64,000 nucleotides of DNA from Octopus sinensis (lineage: Eukaryota), in the NCBI RefSeq assembly GCF_006345805.1, contig NC_043008.1, forward strand, positions 74,958,001-75,022,000. The letters run 5' to 3'. The number at the start of each line of letters is the position of its first letter. Within the stretch, counting starts at the first letter, position 1. Of the stretch, positions 25,950 through 39,295 are shown in pieces. The position numbers and the translations under genes are program-made. The notes beneath the pieces were generated by a model. That model had not been told where the DNA came from. It searched no databases and saw only the letters and a list, made by a program, of their open reading frames with translations.

Positions 25950-26650
25950 TTATCGGTTTCTACCCGGGGCTGAAGTCATGCTGGTGCACCACCTGTACTT
26001 GCTGTTGTTTCCAATTTTCTTTTTGGTGAAGTAGTGAATTGGACAGAGCTGCCCTTCTTCCTTCTTTGCATCTCCCGCTGCGATGTGGATTCATCTGGTA
26101 TCTCAGAAAGAAACCTGTACAAACATTCTTTGGAAACTTGCACATCAACTCCATGTAGATCTCTAAGGTTGCCTGGAAGGATGTTGAACAATTGCGAGCC
26201 TTTGTAACCAAGACTATTGCATTACTGTGTCCTTATTTTAGATGGGTAAGATGAGATCTTTGGTATGATGCAGTGCCATCGAGTTTGAAGATTGGTATAG
26301 CTGTCAATTCCATAATTGGGAGCTAACCCTCCAAGATCTTCCAAATATATATCATTGCATATCTCTCTCGTTTTCTCTCCAGGGAATAGAGACTCAGCTC
26401 TTTTAGCCTCTCCCAGTAGACCATCTTTTGCATGGAGTCAATCATCTTTGTGTATTGGCACTTGATTGCTTCGAGTTCCACAGTTTGTTTCACATTTTCT
26501 GGGAACCATAGTTGGGAGCAGTAGTCCGAGCGACTGAGAACAAAAGTCTTCCATAGGGGTTGCAGGGCATCCCTTTTCCTGGTTCTGAATGTCCTCAGAA
26601 TCCAGCCAGCCACTTGCCTGCACAATGTTGCCATCTTGACAATATGCACA
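25950..26650 (-). mobile_element. CR1/L2-type LINE ORF2 3' fragment
   Basis: LRTFRTRKRDALQPLWKTFVLSRSDYCSQLWFP...WERLKELSLYSLERKRERYAMIYIWKIL and GSQLFNILPGNLR: typical post-RT region. Confidence 0.85.
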
Positions 26651-26709
26651 TGGAATGTTGCATCATATATATTTATATGTATATAGTTATATATATTTAT
26701 ATGTATATA

Positions 26710-26760
<51 letters not shown>

Positions 26761-26981
26761 CTATCTAGTTATATATAACTTTGATAACTGATAGTTTTCA
26801 GCCAGTATATGCCCAGGCCATGTCTAACTTAATAGCACCACTTGTTGAAGTCTTTTAGTAATATATGGGGCACCATGGCCCACCCTAGCAAAGTGTTATT
26901 ATTGTTGGAGACATATCTGTGTGTAGGAATGTAAGATTCTGAGTAACAGTTTTTGTGATATTTTTGCTGCTTTTAATAAAG

Positions 26982-27031
<50 letters not shown>

Positions 27032-27946
27032 ATACAGAAGATGCCAGCATTGCAACATGCATAGGCAATAAATGACTCAAATTGCATCTTGTGTTTATCA
27101 TGCAAAAACAGAAACTGTAAGGTGCATTTACAAAAAGTGTATCTCCAACAAACTCTTATATATATATAATATCATGTTACATTAAGAAGTAGCATACAGT
27201 ACTAGAATTTTTGACTTGGGTGAGATGTAACAAACTGCTCCAAACCATTGTTAGAGTATCTGTTTAAGCGAAGTCAAAGTTGGCTAGTCTGTACTGGCAT
27301 CGGATCGTATTAGTTGTAATAATGAAGTCAACTAAATAGTGATATTTTGAAATGTCAGGTTTGAGTAATGTTCAATAGGAGACATATCCCTTATGTAAAC
27401 GTTCCTCATGAAAGCATTCCAAAAATATTTTGAAATGTTGTGTGGAAGTTTGTGTAACGTAATGGATGCACTTCGTATTATATGTTATGCAAACCTGAAA
27501 TGTATGTATTAAATGATTTCTAAATATTTGGTTTAACTTCATTATTACAACTATATATATATACATTCGTATATATATGCATTCGTGTATATATACATTC
27601 GTATATATATACATTCGTATATATATGCATTCGTATATATATATACTACACACTGATTGGTCAGAATACAGTTTGCAAAACCTAGCATCTGGAGCCTACA
27701 CAGCTGTATTTAAAGCATAGATTCAATCATCTCGCTAAAGTCAAAAATTGTGAAGCATGACTGTCACCACTACTACATGAACCTGAAGATTGCAGAATTT
27801 AATGCATGAAAGTACTAGTTCAATCAGAATGAACATTTAACATTCTATTATTTTATTTTGTTTTATTATATTATATTATATTATCTTATATCATTATAAG
27901 ATTGTAAATAAAACGTGAAAATCAAACAAGGTTGGAATTCCTTTTC

Positions 27947-27986
<40 letters not shown>

Positions 27987-28837
27987 TACACACACATTCA
28001 TGTGTATGTGTGTGTGTGTGTGTAATGCAATTGAAAGAGCAATGTAAAATTGTTATAGGGAGTGGAGTTATCAGCATTTAAAAAAAATAGAAGACAGCAG
28101 AGTTTTACATACTGTATATTTGAGTTACTGGCTGCCATTGATGGGAAATGCAAAGCAATGTTAGTCTGCATACATAGACAAAAGGTAGTAAGTGGGAAAG
28201 AAGATAGATTAGAAATGTGGAAGACTTGGGAAATAAAGATAGGATGGAAGAGATGTGGTGAGGGTGAGCTGCATCATAGTTTTGCACATTACCAATGAAT
28301 ATACTTTCCAATATAAATGTGATACGGGTTTTGGGCAGTCACAGTAAGTAAGTATTAAATAATTGTTACAGATTCATATTGTTCTCACCATCAGCAACTG
28401 TCACATCTAGTTTTGGTTTCTAAGAAACAACACATAAGGAGTGACTTCCAGAAAAATTGATAGACTGTGGGATGGAGGAAATGCATGAAGTCTGAGCAGG
28501 AATTGATCTTGGAAAGTAATTGATTGAATGGAAAATAAGGAGTTAGATGGAACTTCACCTTTTGTTACCAATGAATAATGGTGAGGTTAGGAAAAATATC
28601 TTTATCTATGTGATAAACTATAAAGCACACAAGAGAAAAACTGCACAGGTTTATAACTTTAAAAACAGAAATGGGAATGGTTAAGGTAGTGTAAAGCTTA
28701 TTTCTATATATTTGCATTGGCAGCATTCAATTTTGGCTTTATAATTAGATATGATGGCTTTGCCAAAAGTTTTGTGTTTATATGCACAATGGATAGCAGA
28801 GGAATACAAAATCAGTTTCTTGCATAAAAAAGGTATT

Positions 28838-28953
<116 letters not shown>

Positions 28954-29754
28954 TTATATATATATATTTATATATTCATATATATATCAATGTATGTAGG
29001 CATACATATTAATGCATTAATATATATATATATATATATATATATGCTTATATTATCCATTCATATATATACAGGTATTCATGTGCACACATAACACACA
29101 GAGAGGTTTATATTAATATTTAAATATATACACACATGTATGTATGAGTGTATATCTGTGTACATACATATATGTGAACTTACATATGTGTTACTTTATT
29201 CCATATAGTCTCTTATGACCAAAATTCAATGATTTGGTGTTAAACATTTTGTAAAACCTTATGAAAATATTTACTCACTTCTCTCCTACATTTACACTGT
29301 GATAAAATATATATATTTTCTGGCATTTATATGAAATGACAACAAATTTTATACCAATCGCTTGCCATGACACTTCCAGATATTTTACTACCTGACATAT
29401 ATTTCTATATTCCTGCTTTATTTAATTGTCCATATATTCTTTGATTCTTTTACTGGCTTGTGTCATCTGAGTGTGACCATGCTGTAAGCAGTGTCTCAAA
29501 GGGTTTTGATTATGATGCAGTCCCAAGTATTTACAGGTGCAGAGTGAATGTAGATGGGTAATTAGAATGGAGTTGACAAAAGAAAGTACCATACACAAGC
29601 AATTAATCACTACAAATAATATCACCCTGAAAGCAAAATTATATATATATATACTTTTATGTCTGTCTGTCTGTTTATATTTTTTTTATCTAATACAATT
29701 CTCCTAGAAGAAAAGTGATGGCTTCTAACAAAGAAACAAAGTTTTATTGCTACA

Positions 29755-30200
29755 ATTTAAATGTTACATGTTCAAATTTAGCAAAGTCTTGCATACCTTT
29801 ACTGTTCCACTCAGATCTTCTGTTTGTAAAGTGCGTGCTAGCTAATCGCTTTCTTTCCCTGATAATCATAACTCTTCCAGATTGTCACTTAGACATTTAT
29901 TATCATCAATGATTATTAGTATAAATGTTAATGATAATGGTAGAGCAGCTGCAGGTTTTGAAGTAGTTGTGCATATTCTCCTTCTCACAGATTTTAGCAG
30001 AGACGTTCACATCAGCAGGACAGCTGACCTCAATGACTATACACGATTTTCCTTTTCTGTCATAAATAACATTAGGCTGAACTTTTCATTGGAGTGCTCT
30101 ATTGATATTTCCCTGCGTTAATGTGTATATATATATTCAATAACAGGGGCATTGTCTATATTGATTACAGGACAGTTTTTCCTTCAGGTAATATCATATG
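29755..30200 (-). mobile_element. RLE-type non-LTR retrotransposon 3' fragment (R4/Dong-like)
   Basis: Minus strand gives VQPNVIYDRKGKSCIVIEVSCPADVNVSAKICEKEN, then LARTLQTEDLSGTVKVCKTLLN. Confidence 0.7.
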
Positions 30201-31589
30201 TTGTTTTTAATGCCTACATTGTGTCACAATGGAGGGCAGCTAATCATATGTGTGATATCTTTCACATAAATGTGACACATTTGACATTTTTGACCATTTT
30301 TGGGGAAACAGATTACTAAAGCATGATCATTGAAATGTAATCAGGTTAATGTTACTGTTCCCTTGAAATTTATAGTAAACATACCTACCTATGTATCATC
30401 TTTTTGTGGCATGCAGGTGTTGTGTTCTTGCCAATCTGTTTTGGAGTCACATGAAAGATCATTGAAAAGTAAGTCCTCTTTGTCTCAAGACTATGGAAAC
30501 GTGTCTGTTGCTGTCACCAGTTTGTTTTAAAACCACACCCACCTGCTCTCATTTTACTTTTCCTGTATTCTAAAGCTTTGATCATCTTTTCTTGTTAGAG
30601 TTATTACCCTTGCATTGAAAGGCAGTTACTTTCAATGTAATTTTATCTTATAAATTAAAAGTCTATAACTAAATACCACAAGGCATTTTATCCACTGCAA
30701 TAATGATTCTGCATGCCCCTTGGACATAGCTAGAATGTGGGGAGTGAAGACCAAATGAATTCTGTAATAAATTGTTCCTTGGGAATGATTAAAAAAAATA
30801 CAAGCAAATATATAACCAAGCCTAAAACCTTACATTAGAAACACACAACATAACAAGAAATAATACCACAAGGTACTGTACACGTGTATATCATACAGAA
30901 TATCACAGGACTTGGACAGGTACCCACAGTGTACAGGAGGTAATGCCACATACATCATGCACTGTACTACAGGTCTTAGACATTCACACATGGCATATAG
31001 GGAATAGCACTATTAAACACCATATATATATGTCTTACATCATGTATAGTTGGTCTTATATACACACAATGTATAGGAGATAGCACTACAAGACATCACA
31101 GCACACATATTACACAATATTTTCAATGCTATAAAAAAATTTTTTAAATCAAAGCAACACACTGCACATAGCCAAGATAGGTGCACAAAGATGCACATGA
31201 TAATGCAGCGAAAGCAAAAATCAGACAACTGAATAATGATAATGGTGGTGGTGGTGTTGATGATGATGGATAAAATTAATGTGACAGATATATTTTGAAA
31301 TATAATATAAGCACTAATGATTTTAAAACACATCAAATGGTTTATTGCTATATAAAATGGCTGAGATAATAATACCAAAGTGTTTATATTGGATGGATAT
31401 GATGGTGGTAACGACTAATGGTAGGGGGTATATTATCTTAGCTTCTTTCTCTTTTTCTTTCTTTCTTTCTTTCTTTCCATTTATGTATTATTGTTCTGTT
31501 TGGTGAGTTGAAGGATTACTTTGGAATCGATTTTATCATTATATAAACACACACTCTCTCTCTCTCACACACACACATACACACACACA

Positions 31590-31755
31590 CAGCTTTGTTT
31601 TCAACTTCTGTCCATAAAACTCACTCACATGGTTTTGGTCAGCCCTAGTCAATAGTAGAAGACATTTGTTGGTGTTACTGTGCAGAGGGACTGAACCTAG
31701 AACAATGTTGTTGGCAACCAGTCTTTTTAACCACACAACTCTGCCTCTGCCTATC
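31590..31755 (-). mobile_element. Partial, diverged SINE family A head
   Basis: gggactgaacctagaac...aaccacacaactctgcctctgcctat. Confidence 0.7.
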
Positions 31756-32476
31756 ATTAAATATATAGGAGCGTATATATTGTTAAATATAGTAGAGTAA
31801 GTGCGTGCGTGTTTATATATATATTATTCACATACACAACAAACCCAGCTGCTAACTGTAAGCCATAAAATAACTTTTTTCAGGTTATTGAACTTCAATA
31901 TGGGAAAAATTTACAACCTTCTATGTCAATAAACCACTATTGTTCCTGAAAGTTGTTTTTTTATATCTTGCTTGAAGCTTACTAACTCCCTACACCTCGA
32001 TCCTTGGATTTTAACGTTATATATTATATAATATATATATATAATGTACATAGTATAATTTATTTAAGCTGATCCTTGATCCAGTGGTTTGTTGTTGGTT
32101 TCTCAGACAGGAATAAACTAAATAGGAGATAAAGATGCACCACTGTGTCACTAGGTAGACTAGAATACGGGATTGGCTAAATTTAATAGCCAGCTTTTGA
32201 CGAAGACCTGTAGAGGATAATACAGTGGGTGAATTGGAAGAGAGAGGCTATGAAGCACACACCAAAAACTGGTTCATCCTGCCAAAATCCAGCATAAAGC
32301 ATCATGTTCCACAGCTACAATGTGTGCATCACATATGCAAAAAGATAAAGTTCCAGATTTGGTTTACTTGCACATATGCTATCTCATTCAGGGATTACAG
32401 CATAAGGTGGGAGGGTGTTGTCATCTGTAATTACAGAGAGCTAAGAAGAATTAAAAATACATAATAGAGGTTATTT

Positions 32477-32931
32477 TTAACTCTTTAGAATTCAGATTAG
32501 CCTATGAAATGTAATACTTATTTATTCACATTGTTTTGAATTAATCATGCATTATCTTATAGCTTTGAGATTTTGATGATATGATTGTTTATTTTTAGAA
32601 TGACATTGAAGTGTAAGTGTGAGAGGCTGGATCTGGTCAGTTTGAGCATAATACAGGTAGCATAATACATATTTGGTCAGATATTGTTGGTTTAGATACT
32701 AATGGGTTAACCCTCCAGCATTCCAATTACTCTTTCAAATGTAATGCTTATTTATTCACATTGTTTAGAATTAATGAGCATTATCTTGTAGCTTTGAGAT
32801 TTCGATGATGTGATTGTATTTTTCAAATGATATTGTTGGGTAGGTGTGGGAAGTTGGATTTGGCTGGTTTGAACACAAAATAGGTACAATATTTGGACTG
32901 GATATGATCAGTTTAAATGATAATGGGTTAA
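32477..32931. mobile_element. Two tandem piggyBac-like MITEs sharing a TTAA
   Basis: TTAActcttt...aatgggTTAAccctcc...aatgggTTAA; two ~230-bp homologous units in the same orientation. Confidence 0.75.
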
Positions 32932-33199
32932 ATAGTGCCTCGGTGTCTCACTAGTCTCTATACTGTAAAGGCTAGCCAACCTTTGTGACATGTGAAAGAG
33001 ATGAAAGACAACTAGAGATTATAAGGTATGTGCTTGTCTTTTTGAGGACACTTTGGGTATGGCTGTTTAGATTGTAAGTTATCTAGTTTGGTGCTCTGTT
33101 ACTGTTTACGCTGTAAGGTTTTAGTGTGGTGCTGTGTTTCTGTATCAGATATTCTTAAACTTTGCAAAAGTGTTGAAATATGAAATTGTTGTATACAGT

Positions 33200-33720
33200 G
33201 CACCACAACTAAGAAAGACAACAAAAAAAAAAAGTAAAATAAAGCCATCAGATGTACTGTTAGTAGATTTCAGGAAGCATGGATGTTTTGAAGGATGTAG
33301 TGTCTTGACAGCTAATGACTGTTGGTAGTTTATTCCATGCTTCAACAATTCTGAGTGTGCAAATATGTTTCTGAAAGTCATGGGTACTGTGTTGCTTTTT
33401 GATTTTGTAAGCATGTTCATGAGTGTTTCTCATATAGAATTCAAGAAGGTGCCCAAAGTTGTTGTTGGAAAGATGGTGAATAATCTTATGGGTGTCTATG
33501 AAGTCAGTTGTCAGACATCTGAGCTTCAATGTCTTCATGCCCAGGAAAGTAAGATGTCCAGAGTATGGTTGATGCCTGATGGTGGGTATTCAATTTGTTG
33601 CAAGTTTCTGAGTTTACAGGAGATTTATATGCTGAGCAAGATAGGGGTTCCAGACCGGTGATACAAATTCTTAGTGTGGATGTACTATTGTCATATACTG
33701 TTTTAAATAGACAGCTGGAG
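33200..33720 (-). mobile_element. CR1-type LINE 3' fragment
   Basis: MKTLKLRCLTTDFIDTHKII...TLRIVEAWNKLP...TSFK: typical CR1 C-terminus. Confidence 0.8.
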
Positions 33721-34884
33721 AACAGCTGACAAAGGTCTTACTGAGTGATGCAGGGACACCCTCAGCCTTCTTGGCAATCTTGGAAATGTTGTTTATCCAA
33801 CACAGATCAATGTTTACAATAATACCCAGATCTTAGAGATGTGGTTGATCCAACGCAGATCGCTGTTTACAATAATACCCAATAATATTGATTTCTGAAA
33901 TTGACACAAACTAATGATGGGGAACAGCAGTATAGTTTAATTCAGCCAAACACTCATTGATACTGATTTTGTCAATTTCCACAGTAAGTAAACTCAAAAT
34001 ATAATGTTTCATAACTAAATACAGCCATGCATTTAGACTGAGACTATTTATTCTGCCACCCATGAATGTTCAGCTCTATTAATTCTACATCCACTAATAA
34101 CTGATACATAACTCTTTCTAACATGAAAATAACATAGAAAACACTAGTGTTTTGTAGAATAAAGCATTGTCAATTAAACTTCGCCAATATTGAGCTGGTT
34201 CTTTATTCTCAGAGTAATAAAAGGAAAAGTGGACTATAATGTGACTTGAACTCACAAAATAAAGTGATGTAATCTAATACCACATAGCATTTTATCTGGT
34301 GCTTTGCCATTTCTGCCACTCATCAAGGATTCTGTAAGAAATAAAAACTGAAATATTTCACCAGAAAACCTGATTTTACAAAAGGACCAATTTTTCTGCA
34401 CACATCAGTAAATAATTTGCTTGCTGATTTCCATAAATGTGAGCTCGTGCTTTTCATCAGTCTGACAGAGTAACTTTGAGTGAGGAGACACACACAATAA
34501 GGCTGAAATATCATAGTGTTTCAAAGTCCCTTTGCAGTGGGGAATCTCATGAGTTATGAACATACATTGTCTAAAGTGTTCTCCTTTGACAGAAAACAAG
34601 AGTGATCAGATAATCACTTTCAAATCTGCCAAAATGTATTAAGAATGGATAGATATGTTTCTGTTTAGATTCTTGCTGTTCGCTGAACACCCCATGAATT
34701 ATAATAATTTTGTCATTACCAAAGAAATAATTTTATCATTTAATTCATTAAACATTAATTCTATGATATTTTTTACTGGATTGTTTTCCTAATGGTGACT
34801 GTTGATTTTGTTAATATTCCTGTTGTCTTTTATGCCATTATTACAATTTACTTTTGTTGTCTTATTGTTTTTGTTAATTTTTAG

Positions 34885-35122
34885 GGGAAAAAAGACACTT
34901 TTTTGAATATCAAAGAAAATTCCAAAACAAAGCATGGTGAAAACATTGAAGGACGTTTTAGGAAAAATTTTTTCAAACACATGCGTACTGCAAGTGATGT
35001 CCCTCGTGTAGCAGTGAATGATATTACTCTTCAGAACAGCAATGATGATGTCAGTCTCCAGAATGGTAATGATGCTGCAGCTCTACAGAATGGCATTTCA
35101 GAGGTCACAAACAACAAAGAGG
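34885..35122 (+). CDS. Coding exon 5 (GKKDTFLNIKENSK...FRKNFFKHMRTASDVPRV...NNKE)
   Basis: ttaatttttAG acceptor; open in phase 0 matching exon 4; complex sequence inside ORF 34903-35253; donor G|GTTTGT at 35123 (phase 1; donor less certain). Confidence 0.72.
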
Positions 35123-35167
35123 GTTTGTATTTTCACCTTTTTTCTTCAATTTGCATGTTCAGTGATG

Positions 35168-35216
<49 letters not shown>

Positions 35217-35365
35217 TAACAAAGACAATATACATAGAATAATCTTAGTGTGAAACCTTTCATCAAGAAAAGCAACAAACTAAAGAAGAAATTAGAAAAC
35301 TGCATGCATGAAAAAATACAAGTTTTATACAGTATCCAGCATGAATTGTCTCCTATACTATCAGT

Positions 35366-36080
35366 TATGAGCTAGTATCAAAAAGTTTGTAGACTAGTTA
35401 TGTTTAATGCAAAAAAACTTATTTACCTAAATTTTAGCATCATCCCCTTTGAAATAGCCACCTTGTGCAGCAATGCACTGGTCCCAGCATCCCTGCCACT
35501 TTTTAAATCTGGTTTGGAAGTCATTTTTCCATAAGACAAAGACCTCCTGTAATTCACTCATGATCCCAACAACGGTGTTAAAGCAGTGACCTTTGAGTTT
35601 GATTTTCATTTTGGAGAACAGATGGAAGTACACAGGTGCTAAATCTGGTGAATAGGACTGTTGCAGAAGTGATACCATGTTGTTTCTGGTGAGAAACTAA
35701 TGAGGTGACAGGGTGCATTATCATTGTGAAGAATCCAATTCTTCATGCTCCAACAGATCCAGTCACTTTCACTGAATGTCCTCCCTCAAATGTTCCAAAA
35801 CACCATTGATTATCCTCTGACAGTTATCATGTACAAGCTGATGAATTTTCTCCACATTTCCGGAAGTGATGCTCATGGCAGGCCTTCCAGATCACTCATT
35901 ATCTTCCAGGCACATTCTTCCACTTCTGAAGCACCCATGCCACTCAAAACATTGCATACGACCCATTTCCTCATCGCCATAAGCTTGCTGAACCATGCTC
36001 AATGCCTCTGTAGTAGACTTCCCAAATTTAATGCAAAATTTCACATTGGCTCATTGTTACAACTTCCTGTCCATGGCAGA
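35366..36080 (-). mobile_element. Internally deleted mariner (Tc1/mariner) remnant
   Basis: Minus ORF SYSPDLAPVYFHLFSKMK...GGYFKGD; an N-terminal HTH-like remnant lies antisense to 35900-36070; TIR-like tatgagctagtatcaaaaagttt. Confidence 0.85.
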
Positions 36081-36156
36081 AATGTGTGTGTGTATGTGTG
36101 TGTACACATATCTATCTATCTGTCTGTCTGTATTTCTGTCTGTCTGCCTGTCTGTC

Positions 36157-36187
<31 letters not shown>

Positions 36188-36192
<5 letters not shown>

Positions 36193-37200
36193 AAATAAAA
36201 TACAAAATGGGACAAGAATGCAAAACATTCGAACAACTAGGTGATACAAAAAGGGACAACAAAACATCCAGATAGACGATACAAAAGACACTGACAGGTC
36301 ATTCGAAGCCTTTAATCTTCAGTCAAGAACTGAATCATCCTCGCAATTTCAGCTGATTAATCTTGAGATTGCTCCAATCTGGCCAGCCCCAAGGGAAAAC
36401 TAAGCTAAGAGTATTAGATTCCTTGGAAAAAGCATTGAATGTATACGAAAACAAGGACGGAAAAACAGACGATGTTACTTGAATATAAATACAAAATACA
36501 ATAATAATAATAATAATAACAGGACATAACAACAGGTGTCTTTCAACTGGAGACAAATTCAGCTGGCATGTGTGGAAATGAAGCCTTACGGCAGAGGGAA
36601 GACTGTTGATGTGGCAGTGACCATGGTCAGACGCAAAAGGACTAGCAGTCGGCCTATCGGTCAAGGGAGAAGAGAAGAGGGAGAAAAAGAGGAACAAAGG
36701 AATTAAGGAGGGGGAGAAGAGAGAGAGCGAGATAGAGTGTGTAGAAGTAGATTGGTGGAAGAATCAAGGAGTGGTGAGAAAAAAGAGAGAGACAGGGAGA
36801 GAGTAAGAAAGGTAAAGAAATGTGAGAGAGAGGGGGGAGAAAGCAAGAACGAAAAGTAAAAAGGTTGAAAAAGTCATACAAAATTTAGTGAAATGTGTAC
36901 TTACATATAAGAGAACAAAGTGTATGTACGCCACTATATATATATATATATATAAAATAAAATACAAAATGGGACAAGAACACAAAACATCCGAACAACT
37001 AGGTGATACAAAAAGGGACAACAAAACATCCAGATAGAAGATACAAAAAAACAAGGACGGGTCATTCGAAGCCTTTTATCTTCAGTCAAGAACTGGATCA
37101 TCCTCGCAATTTTGGCTGATTAATCAAATAATTACGGAAACAAGGACGGGAAAACAGATGATGTTACGAGAATATAAATACAAAATACAATAAAAATAAC
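36188..37200 (-). mobile_element. Penelope-like partial tandem terminal repeats
   Basis: ~175-bp direct repeat at 36188-36362 and 36951-37126, each starting at a (TA)n tract; a related fragment is at 60488-60590. Confidence 0.55.
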
Positions 37201-37231
37201 AATAATAATATATATATATATATAATATATA

Positions 37232-37271
<40 letters not shown>

Positions 37272-37282
37272 ATATATATATA

Positions 37283-37667
37283 TCTCTCTCTATATAAACG
37301 GCAGTTTGTCTGCGTGTTTCTGTGTGTCTGTTTGCTTGTACCCTCACTCTGACCACGGCTTTCAACCGATTCTGATGAAACTTGACACACACATAGCCCA
37401 ATGTCATAATTCAAAACTAACGCAGCGAAAATTTTGAAAAGTTCCCCCAGTTCTGAAAATAATCGATAAATTCGACATGGGGTCGAGAATCAAAAAAAAT
37501 AAACCACAGACTGTCTAGGGGACGCAACTCAACCTTTTTTTACTCTCAAAGAAAAATTTACCATCATTTTTCTTTCCATTTTTTGCTATTTTTTGGCTAT
37601 AACTCTCTAAAAATGCTTTATAGTTATTTCCCTTACAAACCTGAGCAACGCCGGGCGATACTGCTAG
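37283..37667 (+). mobile_element. Non-autonomous Helitron
   Basis: 5' TC start after A; 3' GC-rich subterminal hairpin-like motif (ctgagcaacgccggg) then CTAG followed by T. Confidence 0.8.
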
Positions 37668-37696
37668 TATATATATATATATTTATAATGATAATT

Positions 37697-37922
37697 GATG
37701 AATGACACAGAAGATGGATTTAGCATTAGTCTTTACATAGAATGATGAGTGAGTTGCTCACTTTATTGTACACATGTACCTGATGTAATCCAGACTGCAC
37801 TGATCAATACAACACAATTGGATACACATCCCACCCATGAAGGACAGTCAGCAGAAGGGTTGAAATGATCATCGTACTGAATAAAGACTAATGCCAAATC
37901 CATCTTCCACTTCATTCATCGA
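37697..37922. mobile_element. Small MITE-like element with ~40-bp inverted ends
   Basis: atgaatgacacagaagatggatttagcattagtcttta versus taaagactaatgccaaatccatcttccacttcattcat. Confidence 0.65.
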
Positions 37923-38129
37923 TCATTATTATCTCAACTAACATGGCAGAATTCCTGAAGTAGATCCAGAGGATACATACCCTAACCATATTTGACACCA
38001 AGTAGCCCAAACTGTGAGTGTGTTTTATTCAACACACTAATTGACATATATCCATCCATTAGTTCAAACAATTACTTGTATATATATATATATATATTTA
38101 TCTTCGATGACAGAATATCCCATAATCTG

Positions 38130-39092
38130 GGATATCAGAAGTGGAGATTTCAGCCTTGAAGATGAAGATCGAATAGGACATCCAGTTGAGTTTGATGATA
38201 AGCTCCTTGAGGCATTACTTGAAGAAAATCCTGCATTATCAATTGAAGAATTGGCAATAAAGCTTAATTCAAACCATGCAACTGTTCATCGTCACCTTCA
38301 ACAACTTGGAAAGGTTCATAAACTTGGAAAATGGGTGCCTCATGAATTGTCCGAAAGCAACCGCAAATCCTGAGTTCACATCTGCTCTTTTCTCTATTCT
38401 CGCGAACTCATTTCACTCTTTTGGGATAGATTTGTGACTAGTGATGAAAAATGGATCTTCTATCGAAATGTTAAGCGTCATAAACAGTGGCTTGGTAAAA
38501 GGGAAAAAGCTCAACCACAACCAAGAAGGGAACTTTATGGGAAAAGGTTCTTCTCTCTTTCTGGTGGGATTGCAAAGGAGTAATTCTCTTTGAATTGTTA
38601 CCATCCAATGCAACAATCAGTGCTCAAGTCTACTGTCAGTAATTAGAGCGTTTGAACCAAGCTCTGAATTAAAAAAAAAGACCCACTTTAGTGAATTGAA
38701 AAAGAGTGATGTTTCATCAGGACAATGTGCAGCCCCACACTGCAAAGATCACATCACAGAAGATCAAAGAGCTTGGTTGGGAAAAAATTCCTCATCCACC
38801 TTATTCTCCCGACCTTGCTCCTTCAGACTACCATTTGTTTCGTAGTTTACAGAATCATTTGGGGGGGGGGGGCATAACCTTCGCAAGCCAGGCGGAGGTC
38901 AAAACTGACATTTCAGAGTTCTTTGCTGTGACACCAAAAGAGTTTTACATTGATGGGATTAGAAAACTTGTAAAGAGATGGAAGGAAGTCATAGATAATC
39001 AGGGAAAGTACACTGATGATTAAATTTCAATTAAATATAACACTTGTTTTCTTTATTCAAAATTTGAAGAGAACTTATGTGATGACCTGATA
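38130..39092 (+). mobile_element. 5'-truncated mariner transposase pseudogene (D,D34D) with 3' TIR
   Basis: GKWVPHEL, VTSDEKW, FHQDNVQPH and HPPYSPDLAPSDYHLF motifs with stops and frameshifts; TIR aacttatgtgatgacctgata then TA. Confidence 0.95.
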
Positions 39093-39295
39093 TATATGTG
39101 TGTGTGTGTACTTACAGTATACTACCAACAACTGATGACTGAAAGTTGTTTTACCTTACTGTGAGCTCAGTACTAGGTACCCTGCTATTCCTCGTGTCCT
39201 ACTTGTTAATATGCCTAGATTCTAATGAATCCTGTAACTAATTCATCTGTCTGTCTGCCTACCAGCACACCCACACACATACATACCTATGTACA

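Noticed and set aside
36290-37110. CTGAAGA motifs in the Penelope-like repeats (also at 60501)
   Set aside because: Followed by GAAT or AAAC rather than GAAA, with no stem II; not supportable as ribozymes.
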